Positions 9,900 to 19,718 of a stretch of DNA of 64,000 nt are shown piece after piece (within the stretch, counting starts at the first letter, position 1; every line of letters begins with the position of its first letter). The DNA lies in the NCBI GenBank assembly GCA_964556545.1, contig CAZKWE010000059.1, forward strand, positions 24,481-88,480, read 5' to 3'. The notes under the pieces are model-generated. The model saw only the letters and a program-made list of their open reading frames with translations. It did not search any database and was not told where the DNA came from. Position numbers and translations under genes: made by a program. This DNA is from an uncultured Campylobacteraceae bacterium. GTDB taxonomy: Bacteria; Campylobacterota; Campylobacteria; Campylobacterales; JALSKU01.

Positions 9900-12035
9900 A
9901 TGACAAAAAATTTTAGTGAAAGAAAAAAAGTTATATTTTATATTGTTTTTGCATATATATTCTCATTTGTTGTCAGGCTTATATGGGTATATCAGTTTGC
10001 GGATGCTTCTTCGTTTAAATTTAATGGTCAATTTATGATAAATACAAATGATGGATACTATTGGGCTGAAGGAGCCAGAGATATACTTGCCGGATTTCAT
10101 CAACTCCATGACTCTTCTCCCGTGCATAGTGCAGCTTCTTTGCTTACGGCTGTTTTTGTAAAGATACTACCGTTTTCTTTTGAGAGTATTATTTTTTATA
10201 TGAGTGCTTTTCTCGGCTCTTTGGTCGTTATTCCTATTATATTGATAGCAAACAGTATTAAAAAAGATGAAATGGGACTTATTGCCGCACTTTTGGCCGG
10301 TATCGCATGGAGTTATTATAATAGGACCATGATAGGGTATTATGATACTGATATGCTAAATATAGTTTTGCCTTTGTTTTTACTTTGGAGTATTATACTG
10401 TCTTTTAAAACTTATCAGGAAAGATATCTTCTGTTTGCAGCTTTGGATATACTGATATACAGATGGTGGTATCCTCAGAGCTATGCACTTGATTTTTCAT
10501 TTTTTGGATTGATTTTATTTTATATATTGGTATTTGATAGAAAAAACATATATCTTTATAAGCTTTTAACAATTATGCTTGTTGCCATGATGATGATAAG
10601 TATGTATATAAGATTTCCTTTGGTTTTGATAATGTATCTCTTGTTTAAAGATAAAAAGTATGATAAGTATATATTTTATCTCTTTTTTGCAGCTGTTTTT
10701 GGACTTTTTGCCAGTGGTGGTTTTTCACCGATATGGAATCAGTTGAAAGGATATGTTTTTAAAACAAGCATCAGCAGGGAAAACGGAGGACTCGGACTTC
10801 ATTTTTTTACTGTTATGCAAACTATAAGAGAAGCTGGAAAGATACCGTTTGATCTATTTGCAAAAAGAATAAGCGGAAGTGTCGTAACTTTTTTTATATC
10901 CTTAGTAGGATATTTGTGGCTGTCTTACAGACACAGGGTTTTTCTTTTTGCACTTCCTATGCTTGGACTTGGATTTATGGCATATACGGGAGGACTTAGA
11001 TTTACCATATATGCTGTACCGGTTATGGCATTTGGAGCTGCTTATATAATAGTTAAAACAGGAGATTTTCTAAAAGACAAAAGATTAAGATATTTATATA
11101 TTGTTTTAGCCACAGTTGCTATTTTGTACCCAAATATCAGACATATAATACACTACAAAGTACCGACTGTTTTTAACTCCTCGGAAGTTGCCGTACTTAA
11201 AAAGCTACATAAAATTGCAAAAAGAGAGGATTATGTTATTTCATGGTGGGATTACGGATATCCTATAAGATATTATGCGGATGTAAAAACTTTGAGCGAT
11301 GGAGGAAAACACAGAGGTGATGTAAATTTTCCGGTTAGCTTTATACTCACTCATCCGCAAGAAATTGCTGCAAAGATGGCAAGACTTGATGTCGAATATA
11401 CTGAAAAAAAGTTTAAGATAGAAGATGAAGATAAAAACAAATCAAAAGAGGAAAAAAGAAAACTGTTTTCAAACATAGAAGAAATGACAAAAGATTATGG
11501 TTTTAAGGATACAAATGATTTTCTTGATGCACTTAAAACCGATATAAAAATGCCAAAGAGTACAAGAGATATTTATATATATCTTCCTTACAGAATGTTA
11601 GATATATATCCGACTATTGAACTTTTTTCAAATATAGATTTAATGAGCGGAATTAAAAAAAGAGGACATTTTCTGTTTCAAAGTTCACGATTTTACAGAA
11701 ATAAAGATATGATAGATTTAGGATCAGGCGTTAAACTGCTTATAAAAGAAGGAAAAATTATTGTAGGAGATAAGATAGTTAGACTGCATAGATTTGTTCA
11801 AACTGTTTATAAAAAAAACGGTATCTTGAGTGTAAAAACAGATAATATTGATTCCAATTCAAATATCAATGTAATTTATATGACAAACTATAGAAAGATA
11901 CTGGTATTGGACGATACGGTTTACAACTCTCTTTATATACAACTTTTTGTATTGCAAAATTATGATAAAAAGTATTTTAAACCGGTTATTTTATCTCCGC
12001 TGGTAAAAGTGTATAAGCTATTAGAGGCACCTTGA
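9900..12035 (+). CDS. pglB: Oligosaccharyltransferase, STT3/PglB family
   Basis: 711 aa. Polytopic N-terminal half plus periplasmic domain with the WWDYGY signature (ISWWDYGYPIRYY). TIxE-type loop motif (MQTIREAG) and NTNDGYYW near the N-terminus. Confidence 0.85.
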   Translation: MTKNFSERKKVIFYIVFAYIFSFVVRLIWVYQFADASSFKFNGQFMINTNDGYYWAEGARDILAGFHQLHDSSPVHSAASLLTAVFVKILPFSFESIIFYMSAFLGSLVVIPIILIANSIKKDEMGLIAALLAGIAWSYYNRTMIGYYDTDMLNIVLPLFLLWSIILSFKTYQERYLLFAALDILIYRWWYPQSYALDFSFFGLILFYILVFDRKNIYLYKLLTIMLVAMMMISMYIRFPLVLIMYLLFKDKKYDKYIFYLFFAAVFGLFASGGFSPIWNQLKGYVFKTSISRENGGLGLHFFTVMQTIREAGKIPFDLFAKRISGSVVTFFISLVGYLWLSYRHRVFLFALPMLGLGFMAYTGGLRFTIYAVPVMAFGAAYIIVKTGDFLKDKRLRYLYIVLATVAILYPNIRHIIHYKVPTVFNSSEVAVLKKLHKIAKREDYVISWWDYGYPIRYYADVKTLSDGGKHRGDVNFPVSFILTHPQEIAAKMARLDVEYTEKKFKIEDEDKNKSKEEKRKLFSNIEEMTKDYGFKDTNDFLDALKTDIKMPKSTRDIYIYLPYRMLDIYPTIELFSNIDLMSGIKKRGHFLFQSSRFYRNKDMIDLGSGVKLLIKEGKIIVGDKIVRLHRFVQTVYKKNGILSVKTDNIDSNSNINVIYMTNYRKILVLDDTVYNSLYIQLFVLQNYDKKYFKPVILSPLVKVYKLLEAP

Positions 12036-12935
12036 TTAAAAATTTAACAGTATCGTATAAAAAACAGGCAGAGTAATAAAAGAAAAAAGTATTCCGTATC
12101 CTACTATGGCATTTGTCAAGGATGGTTTTAAACCGGCTAAACTTGCCATAATGCCGGCTGTTATCATAGGACCCATTCCGGCTTCAAGAATACTTGTTTT
12201 TACTATCATACTCATATCCGTAAAAATTAAGCATAAAATCAGTGCAATTGCAGGTGAAATTACAGTTTTGATAAATATAGCTATCAAGAGTGCTTTTCTC
12301 TCACTGTACGGTACTTTAAATCTTAATTGACAGCCGACACTCATTAGTGCAAAAGGAACCAAAGTGGAACTCAAAGGGTTTAAGACAGTTTTAAATGCTT
12401 GATGCACCCAAAAATCTTTTAGAAAAAATGCCAATAACAAAGATAAAAATGGAGGAAAAAATATAATTTTTTTGACTATATTTAAAAAATTTATGTTTTT
12501 ATTTGTTCCGTATATGCCAGCTATAAGTGATCCGTAAGTTGAAAGTATGAGAAATGATCCTAATTGATCATACAAAAGAGCATACGGTACATAATTGCCG
12601 CCATAAAAAAGTTCAATAAGCGGTACTCCTAAAAAAGAAGTATTTCCTAAAACTGAAACTAAAAGCAAACTTCCTGTTTCTTTTTTTAAGAGAGAATATT
12701 TCTTTGAAAAAAATATCACTACAAAAGGAAGTATAAAAGCCATGACCCATGGCAAAATCACAGGAGTAAGAGTTTTAGACGATATATGAAGAGTGGGGAT
12801 TTTATATAGTACAAGAGCCGGTAAAGAGATATAAATTATACCAATATTTAAAAATTTTGCTATATTTATATCTCTAACAAATCTTAATCCGACTCCTACT
12901 GCAAAGAAAAAGAGAATGACAGTTATATTTTGCAT
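12036..12935 (-). CDS. AEC (auxin efflux carrier) family membrane transporter
   Basis: 299 aa, about 10 hydrophobic segments in two halves. Size and composition are typical of the AEC/MdcF family. Assignment is by general resemblance only. Confidence 0.55.
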   Translation of the reverse strand: MQNITVILFFFAVGVGLRFVRDINIAKFLNIGIIYISLPALVLYKIPTLHISSKTLTPVILPWVMAFILPFVVIFFSKKYSLLKKETGSLLLVSVLGNTSFLGVPLIELFYGGNYVPYALLYDQLGSFLILSTYGSLIAGIYGTNKNINFLNIVKKIIFFPPFLSLLLAFFLKDFWVHQAFKTVLNPLSSTLVPFALMSVGCQLRFKVPYSERKALLIAIFIKTVISPAIALILCLIFTDMSMIVKTSILEAGMGPMITAGIMASLAGLKPSLTNAIVGYGILFSFITLPVFYTILLNF

Positions 12936-12942
12936 CTGCTTT

Positions 12943-14253
12943 TTAAATATCTAAAAACTCTTCACTTATACTTTCATCTTTTCTTGGTTGAGGCAGTATA
13001 AGATTGAGTATGATGCCTATAATTGCACCAAGACCGATACCGCTAAATCCGACTCCTCCAAAATTAAAACTCATACCTCCTATCGCAAATACAAGTATAA
13101 GAGATAAAATTATCATATTTCTCGGGCAGCTAAGATCGGTTTTCGCATTTGCCAATGTTGCCATGCCTACTGAAGCTATAATTCCAAAAAGAAGTAAAAG
13201 TATACCTCCCATTACCGGAACAGGAATCGTTTGTAAAAAACCTCCGAGTTTTCCAAAAAATGCCAAAATTATAGCAAAAATCGCAGCCCATGTCATAATA
13301 GCCGGATTGTATGCTTTAGTTACCGTTACAGCTCCGGTTACTTCAGAATAGGTTGTGTTCGGAGGACCTCCAAGAAGTGAAGCCGCACTTGTAGCCAAGC
13401 CGTCACCAAGCAGTGTATTTTCAAGTCCGGGATTTTTTAAATAATCCTCTTTTGTAACATTGGAAATTGCAAGAATATCTCCTACATGCTCAACTGCAGG
13501 GGCAATGGCAATAGGTAGAATATACAATATTGCTTCCCAGTTTAGCTTGGGAAAGACAAAGTGCGGAACTGCAAACAGAGGTGCTTTTACAAAAGGTGTA
13601 AAATCCACTATTCCAAATATCAAAGCAGTAATATATCCAACTATAACCCCTATAAGTATAGGCAAAAGTCTAATTATGCCTTTTCCTAAAAGTGTGGCAA
13701 GTATCGTAGCGATAAGTGAAATCATAGAGATAATAATCGCAGTTTCAAAAGGAACTAACTGCATTTTTCCGTCACCTGTTTGACCGCTAGCCATATGTAC
13801 CGCAACCGGTGCAAGTATAAGACCTATGGTCATGATAACCGGACCTACTACTATCGGCGGTAAAAGTTTGTGTAAAAATCCGCTTCCTTTTATCCTGATA
13901 GCAAAACTAAGAGCTACATATACCAATCCCGCGGCTGCCAAACCGCTTAGAGTTCCTGCTATACCCCATTTTTGAACTCCGTAAATTATCGGGGCTATAA
14001 AAGCAAAAGAGGAAGCAAGAAAAATCGGAGGAACATTTTTTCTGTTTACTATCTGAAATATAAGTGTTCCAAGACCCGCGGTAAAAAGTGCCACATTACT
14101 GTCAAGTCCTGTTAGGATAGGCACAAGTACCAAAGCACCAAATGCAACAAATAAAAATTGCAAACCTACGACGGAATCTTTCAATCTAAAGTTATAATCT
14201 GTCGGTTTCAAAGAAACTCCTTTTAAAAAAATTGTATTATTGTACAATACCAT
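12943..14253 (-). CDS. uraA: Uracil/xanthine permease (NCS2 family)
   Basis: 436 aa polytopic protein with NCS2-like segments (GGPPNTTYSEVTGAV, LGTLIFQ). Divergently paired with upp, the classic uracil salvage arrangement. Confidence 0.8.
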   Translation of the reverse strand: MVLYNNTIFLKGVSLKPTDYNFRLKDSVVGLQFLFVAFGALVLVPILTGLDSNVALFTAGLGTLIFQIVNRKNVPPIFLASSFAFIAPIIYGVQKWGIAGTLSGLAAAGLVYVALSFAIRIKGSGFLHKLLPPIVVGPVIMTIGLILAPVAVHMASGQTGDGKMQLVPFETAIIISMISLIATILATLLGKGIIRLLPILIGVIVGYITALIFGIVDFTPFVKAPLFAVPHFVFPKLNWEAILYILPIAIAPAVEHVGDILAISNVTKEDYLKNPGLENTLLGDGLATSAASLLGGPPNTTYSEVTGAVTVTKAYNPAIMTWAAIFAIILAFFGKLGGFLQTIPVPVMGGILLLLFGIIASVGMATLANAKTDLSCPRNMIILSLILVFAIGGMSFNFGGVGFSGIGLGAIIGIILNLILPQPRKDESISEEFLDI

Positions 14254-14322
14254 TTATTAGATTTTTATCAATATGTAATTGAATTTTGGGAATAATATAA
14301 AAAATTTTTGGAGAGATGAAAA

Positions 14323-14961
14323 ATGAATGTAATTGTATTAAATCACCCTTTAATAGATCACAAAATGTCACTTCTAAGAGATGAAAAAAGAAGTATGCCC
14401 GAATTTAAAATGCTTCTTGATGAGATAGGTTTGTTAATGGTTTATGAAGTTACAAAAGAGTTGGAACTTGAAGATACTCTTATAAAAACTCCTGTTGCCA
14501 AAGCAAAAACAAAGAAATTAAAATCTCACCCTATTTTGGTCACTATTTTAAGAGCAGGACTTGGTCTTTTGGATCCTTTTATGAAACTTATGCCCAATTC
14601 AAAAGTAGGTTTTTTGGGCATGGATAGAGATGAGATAACTTTACAGCCAAGAAGTTATTATGATAAGATACCTATGCAAGCATTGAAAAATGAAGTATTG
14701 CTTATAGATCCTATGCTTGCAACCGGAGGATCGGCATTGAATGCTATTGATTTTTTGGTATCCAAAGGAGTGAAAAATATAACATTTATCTGTCTTGTTG
14801 CTGCACCCGAAGGCATAAAAGCTATCAATGAAAAATATCCCGATATTAAAATTTTTGCAGCAGCACTTGATGAAAAATTAAATGATAAAGGTTATATCGT
14901 TCCCGGGCTTGGAGATGCCGGAGATAGGATATTTGGTACAGAGGATAATGAAAATCTTTAG
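14323..14961 (+). CDS. upp: Uracil phosphoribosyltransferase
   Basis: 212 aa. PRPP-binding motif VLLIDPMLATGGS and C-terminal YIVPGLGDAGDRIFGT. Confidence 0.92.
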   Translation: MNVIVLNHPLIDHKMSLLRDEKRSMPEFKMLLDEIGLLMVYEVTKELELEDTLIKTPVAKAKTKKLKSHPILVTILRAGLGLLDPFMKLMPNSKVGFLGMDRDEITLQPRSYYDKIPMQALKNEVLLIDPMLATGGSALNAIDFLVSKGVKNITFICLVAAPEGIKAINEKYPDIKIFAAALDEKLNDKGYIVPGLGDAGDRIFGTEDNENL

Positions 14962-14969
14962 GAGATGAA

Positions 14970-16154
14970 ATGACATTGGAAGAAATAGACAAAGAGTATG
15001 TTTTGCATACTTATGGAAGAAGTTATATAAATTTTACATCAGGAAAAAATGCTACTTTGTTTGATAAAAAAGGTGAAGAGTATATAGATTTTACAAGCGG
15101 TATTGGAGTAGTGAGTGTCGGTCATGCAAACAAAATACTCTCTGATGCCATATGCAAACAGGCAAGTGATATTATCCATATATCAAATTTGTATCTTATA
15201 GAACCTCAGGCACAGCTTGCCAAAAGAGTAGTGGAATTGAGCGGATATGATATGAGAGTATTTTTTGCCAACAGCGGAGCCGAAGCAAATGAGGGGGCTA
15301 TCAAGATAGCAAGAAAATACGGAGAAGTGGATGCAGAGCCAAAAAGATACAAAATCATAACTTTGAAAAATTCTTTTCATGGAAGAACAATAACTTCTCT
15401 TAGAGCTACCGGTCAGGAGAAGATGCATAACTTTTTCGGCCCGTATCCGGACGGTTTTGTTTATGCAAAAGATTTGGATGAAATAATATCTCTTTGTGAT
15501 GATAAAACTGTAGGAGTGATGATAGAACTTATACAAGGAGAGGGCGGAGTAGAGCCTCAGGATAAACAAAAGATAAAGCTGCTTGAGAATGAATTAAAAA
15601 AAAGAGATATACTTTTTATGGTTGATGAGGTTCAAACAGGAATTTATAGAACGGGTGAACTTTTTGCATCCAATCTTTATGATATTAGCCCCGATATTAT
15701 AACTGTTGCCAAAGGTCTTGGCGGGGGAGTCCCCATAGGTGCGGTTCTGACAAAACTAAAAGATATATTTTCTCCCGGAGACCACGGAAGTACTTTTGGA
15801 GGAAATTATCTTTCAAGCAGGGCAGGATTGGTGGTGCTTGAAATACTTGAAAGCGAAAAAAATAGCGGCAGACTTGATGAAACGATGCTGTATTTTAGTG
15901 AAAAATTAGAAAAACTTGCAGTAAAATATGAAAAATTGATTGATAAATCTGTCGGTCTTGGTCTTATGAGAGGGCTTAGGATAAAAAGTACGCAAAAGCT
16001 TAATGAGATAGTAAGAGTTGCTATGGCACATAAAGTTTTGGTTTTAAAAGCAGGAAGAAATACATTGAGGTTTTTACCGCCTCTTACCATTACAAAAAAT
16101 GAAATCAATAAAGGTTTTGAAAGGCTTGAGAGTGCTTTTGAGAATATTTCTTAG
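14970..16154 (+). CDS. argD: Acetylornithine (class III) aminotransferase
   Basis: 394 aa. Class-III PLP aminotransferase motifs (FANSGAEANEGAIK, MVDEVQTGIYRTGELFA, and TVAKGLGGG with the PLP lysine). Confidence 0.85.
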   Translation: MTLEEIDKEYVLHTYGRSYINFTSGKNATLFDKKGEEYIDFTSGIGVVSVGHANKILSDAICKQASDIIHISNLYLIEPQAQLAKRVVELSGYDMRVFFANSGAEANEGAIKIARKYGEVDAEPKRYKIITLKNSFHGRTITSLRATGQEKMHNFFGPYPDGFVYAKDLDEIISLCDDKTVGVMIELIQGEGGVEPQDKQKIKLLENELKKRDILFMVDEVQTGIYRTGELFASNLYDISPDIITVAKGLGGGVPIGAVLTKLKDIFSPGDHGSTFGGNYLSSRAGLVVLEILESEKNSGRLDETMLYFSEKLEKLAVKYEKLIDKSVGLGLMRGLRIKSTQKLNEIVRVAMAHKVLVLKAGRNTLRFLPPLTITKNEINKGFERLESAFENIS

Positions 16155-17307
16155 TTTATTTGTTTTAATATCTTTTTTAAATTCCAAAGATATATTGTCT
16201 AAAACACAAAAAGATATAATTAAAAATGAGAAACTGCAAAATGAAAAAAGCAGTGATATTTTAGAGTTTGACTGGGTAAATCCCGTTACTTTTTCTTACA
16301 CTCATACAAAAAATGATAAAACAACTCCTTCACAAACAAGTGATATATTTAGTATATCAATAAACCAACCTATTTTTAGAAGCGGGGGTATATATTATGC
16401 TGTACAGTATGCAAAAGCAAATCGGGAATTTTTAAAACTATCTACATCTTTAAAAGAAAAATCATTGTTAAGTTCGGCTTTTACAACCCTTTTAAATCTT
16501 AAAAATATGGATTTAAAAATACAAAAACAAGAACTCTTGATAAAAAATGCAAAGATAGATATATTGAGAAAAAAAGAGCAATATTTAAACGGAGTGCTTG
16601 ATAGTAGTTTTTTAAACAATGCAATACTTAACAAAAACAGACTTGAAATTACACTTTTGGATATGAAAAGTACAAAAGCGGATCTTTTAAAAACTTTTCA
16701 TACCTTAAGTACATTGGATTATAAAAACATAAAAATTCCGCATTTAAAAATAGTAAATATAGATAAATATATAAAAAATAATATTTTTCTAAAAAATGCC
16801 AATGCAAATATCAAACAGCTTGAGTATTTGAAAAAAATGACCATTTCGAACTATTTGCCAACCGTATCTCTTTTTGCAAACTATAATGACAGTAAAATAA
16901 AGTATTTTAAAACAGAAAATGATAGTTACAAATCATACGGTTTATCAATATCAATGCCACTGTATGACATTAACAGAAAAAAAAATATTGAGTTACAAAA
17001 ATTGAAAGTTTTAAAATCAAAACTTGAAATGATTGATAAAAAGCATAGTGAAAAAGAGCTTTACAAATCCATTATAAAAAAGATAGAGTTTTACAAAAAA
17101 AAGATAGAGTTGGCAAAAGAAGAGGAAAAACTTTATGCATCACTTCTTAAAACAACAAATGATTTATTTAATAGCGGTGAAAAAACCATATATGATGTAA
17201 AAACTATGAAAAATTCACTCAAAAGCACTTTGTTTGATAAGAAAATATACCAAAATGATTTGGATATAGAGCTTTTTAAATTGTATGAGCATGAAGGAAA
17301 AATGTGA
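16099..17307 (+). CDS. TolC-like outer membrane efflux protein
   Basis: 402 aa with an N-terminal signal-like segment and two OEP-type repeats (coiled-coil-rich, ...GEKTIYDVKTMKNSL...). The track start overlaps argD by 56 nt. In-frame GTG/TTG codons at 16126-16138 are alternative starts. Confidence 0.6.
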   Translation: MKSIKVLKGLRVLLRIFLSLFVLISFLNSKDILSKTQKDIIKNEKLQNEKSSDILEFDWVNPVTFSYTHTKNDKTTPSQTSDIFSISINQPIFRSGGIYYAVQYAKANREFLKLSTSLKEKSLLSSAFTTLLNLKNMDLKIQKQELLIKNAKIDILRKKEQYLNGVLDSSFLNNAILNKNRLEITLLDMKSTKADLLKTFHTLSTLDYKNIKIPHLKIVNIDKYIKNNIFLKNANANIKQLEYLKKMTISNYLPTVSLFANYNDSKIKYFKTENDSYKSYGLSISMPLYDINRKKNIELQKLKVLKSKLEMIDKKHSEKELYKSIIKKIEFYKKKIELAKEEEKLYASLLKTTNDLFNSGEKTIYDVKTMKNSLKSTLFDKKIYQNDLDIELFKLYEHEGKM

Positions 17308-18329
17308 AATTTTCTTCATTTATGCAAGAGTGGCTTTATGGTAAAGACGGATATTATGCAAACTTTAAAGCTATCGGAAAAGAGGGGGATTTTTATACAG
17401 CTGTTAGCACTACACCATTTTTCGGAGGAAGTATAGCCAAACGCATCATAAAAGTTATAGAAGATGGTTTTTTGCCTGAAAACTCAACAATATTGGAAAT
17501 TGGAGCCCATCAGGGGTATTTGATCGCAGATATAATACAATTTATTTATACATTAAAGCCAAAACTGTTAAATACTTTGAAGTTTTCCATACTTGAAAAG
17601 CAGAAAAATATACTGAATATACAAAAAGAGTATATGAAAAACTCTTTTGGCAATGCTGTAAAATTTGACTATTTTACGAGTATTGAGGAGATATCTTTAG
17701 AAAATGCTTTTATCATTTCCAATGAAATTTTTGATGCATTTCCATGTGAAGTGATAAAAGATGATAAAATGCTTTATGTTAAAAATTTTGAAGTTAATTT
17801 TTTTGATTTGTCTTCTTATGCAAAAAATATTAAAAAAAAATACTCTATAGAAAAAGGTGAAGTTGCAATAGGTTATGAAGATTTTGCATTTAGTTTGTCA
17901 AAAAGTATCAAGAGATTTGAGTTTGTAACATTTGATTACGGTGAAAAAGATATCAGAAATGATTTTTCTATAAGAATTTATGATAAACACAAAGTTTACC
18001 CGTTTTTTTCGCTAACCAAGTTTGCTATAAATGAGAAATTGAAAAAAGAGGGTATTGGCTTAAAATCCCTGTTTAAAAAAAGTGATATTACTTATGACGT
18101 AAATTTTTTACATTTGATAGATGCTTTTAAGGAAAACGGTATACAAAATATAATTTATACAACTCAAAATAGAGCTTTGGTAAAATTTGGCATTATAGAG
18201 CTTTTGGAAATTTTAAGGCAAAATAGCAATGAAAAAGCATATTTAAATGCATTGAATAAGGTAAAAGTTTTAATAGACCCGGCTTTTATGGGAGAGAGAT
18301 TTAAGTGCCTGATATTTAGAACAAATTAA
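17304..18329 (+). CDS. SAM-dependent methyltransferase, DUF185/MidA family
   Basis: 341 aa. The N-terminal motif ...YYANFKAIGKEGDFYTAVSTTPFFG... and EIGAHQGYL are typical of the DUF185 (NDUFAF7/MidA-like) family. Start overlaps the upstream stop (ATGTGA). Confidence 0.7.
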   Translation: MKFSSFMQEWLYGKDGYYANFKAIGKEGDFYTAVSTTPFFGGSIAKRIIKVIEDGFLPENSTILEIGAHQGYLIADIIQFIYTLKPKLLNTLKFSILEKQKNILNIQKEYMKNSFGNAVKFDYFTSIEEISLENAFIISNEIFDAFPCEVIKDDKMLYVKNFEVNFFDLSSYAKNIKKKYSIEKGEVAIGYEDFAFSLSKSIKRFEFVTFDYGEKDIRNDFSIRIYDKHKVYPFFSLTKFAINEKLKKEGIGLKSLFKKSDITYDVNFLHLIDAFKENGIQNIIYTTQNRALVKFGIIELLEILRQNSNEKAYLNALNKVKVLIDPAFMGERFKCLIFRTN

Positions 18330-18366
18330 GCTCACCTCTAATAACCTGTATTTTTTAGAGGCAACT

Positions 18367-18741
18367 TTAATGAAAAAGTTTTTTCAAATCACTTGCTTTT
18401 ATATAGGCAACAGCTATCGCATACTCTTTTTCATGGGTTATGGAAAGAGAAGTTTCGGTTATTTTATACTCTTGTACAATATGCTTTGGAAGAGTAAAAT
18501 AGGGAGCATTTATTTGAGTTTTATGGATATGTATATCATGAAATGAAAGTTTGCTTCCTATCCCGCACCCCAAAGCTTTGGAAACAGCTTCTTTTGCCGC
18601 ATAAAATCCGGCAAGTGTTTCAATCTTCTTTTTTGAAAGCTTTATCTCTTCCGTACTTAAAAATCTCTCAAGTGCTTTTTGTTGAAATTTTTTATAAAAT
18701 TTTTCAAATCTTTTTATATTTATTAAGTCAATTCCAATCAT
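18367..18741 (-). CDS. acpS: Holo-[acyl-carrier-protein] synthase
   Basis: 124 aa. MIGIDLINIKRFE start, ...FYAAKEAVSKALG..., and a C-terminal SLSITHEKEYAIA segment typical of AcpS. Confidence 0.85.
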   Translation of the reverse strand: MIGIDLINIKRFEKFYKKFQQKALERFLSTEEIKLSKKKIETLAGFYAAKEAVSKALGCGIGSKLSFHDIHIHKTQINAPYFTLPKHIVQEYKITETSLSITHEKEYAIAVAYIKASDLKKLFH

Positions 18742-19275
18742 TTACTGCACAACAAATTCTGTGAAAAATATATTTTTTACTTGGCCGTCAGCCAAAACGG
18801 CATTGATTCTATCAACCAATTCATCTTTTAATTTTTCTTTTCCTCTGTTGGTGCTGACTTCTTGAAAAGTTTTGGAAGAGAGTGTTCTTATGACTATATC
18901 TCTTATAAGAGGCTTCTTTTTATCAAGTTCGGCAGTAAGCTCAGGTCCGCTTAATTCCAAATCCATTTTGACTTTTAAAAATCTACTCCCCCCTTCACTA
19001 AGCAGATTGACTATAAATTGATCCAGCGGATATATTGGACCAATTTCAAGTAAATCGGAATTCCTTGAAACTTTGGATTTTTTTATCTGTTTGGATTGTG
19101 GTTGCTGTTGTTTGGCCGGTTGGTCTTCGGAGTTATCACTTAGCAAAAAGTATGCAGCCAATCCACCTCCTACCAAAATAAGAACTAAAAGTATCACTAT
19201 GATAATAAGTACAAGATTTGATCCTGATTTTTTTTCTTTTTTTTCTTCATTTTTTTCTTCATCAGCCATTATCAT
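18742..19275 (-). CDS. fliL: Flagellar basal-body-associated protein FliL
   Basis: 177 aa with a single N-terminal TM. Conserved FliL core IYPLDQFIVNL...RFLKVKMDLEL. Confidence 0.85.
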   Translation of the reverse strand: MIMADEEKNEEKKEKKSGSNLVLIIIVILLVLILVGGGLAAYFLLSDNSEDQPAKQQQPQSKQIKKSKVSRNSDLLEIGPIYPLDQFIVNLLSEGGSRFLKVKMDLELSGPELTAELDKKKPLIRDIVIRTLSSKTFQEVSTNRGKEKLKDELVDRINAVLADGQVKNIFFTEFVVQ

Positions 19276-19358
19276 TCCTTTTGTTTTTGGTTCATATTGT
19301 ACAATATCTTATACTATATCGTATATTTTAGAAATTATTTAAGAGATATCCTTAAGTA

Positions 19359-19646
19359 TTACATAGTGCATTGGCCGATTTTAAGATCTTTTATAATTTT
19401 TTCAAAAAATTCACCGGATTCTTTGTCGTAATCATCATGAAATTCAATGATATAGATACCTTCGTCTTGATTGTCGCTGTTATGTTCTACTACAATATCA
19501 GGAGAAACTTCAAACTCTTTTATAGCATTTACAACTGCATTGTTTATTTGTAAACTTTGGTTTTTATCGAAAAATCTAATTTCGAGCATTGCATATCTTT
19601 CTTCCATTTCATGATAAGCTTCTATGCATGGTTTGGTTTTGCTCAT
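19359..19646 (-). CDS. Hypothetical small acidic protein
   Basis: 95-aa ORF in an otherwise empty gap downstream of radA. No motif recognised. Confidence 0.4.
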   Translation of the reverse strand: MSKTKPCIEAYHEMEERYAMLEIRFFDKNQSLQINNAVVNAIKEFEVSPDIVVEHNSDNQDEGIYIIEFHDDYDKESGEFFEKIIKDLKIGQCTM

Positions 19647-19718
19647 TTTAAGCCTTTGTGTATTTGTTTTGATAGGAAAAATTATATCTAATTAAAATAA
19701 ATTAATTATAAAATATCT

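Noticed and set aside
18335-18361. A CCTCTAA...TTAGAGG 7-bp inverted repeat between the convergent DUF185 and acpS genes, considered as a bidirectional terminator.
   Set aside because: The stem is short and AT-rich with a 13-nt loop, so predicted stability is too low to call it confidently.
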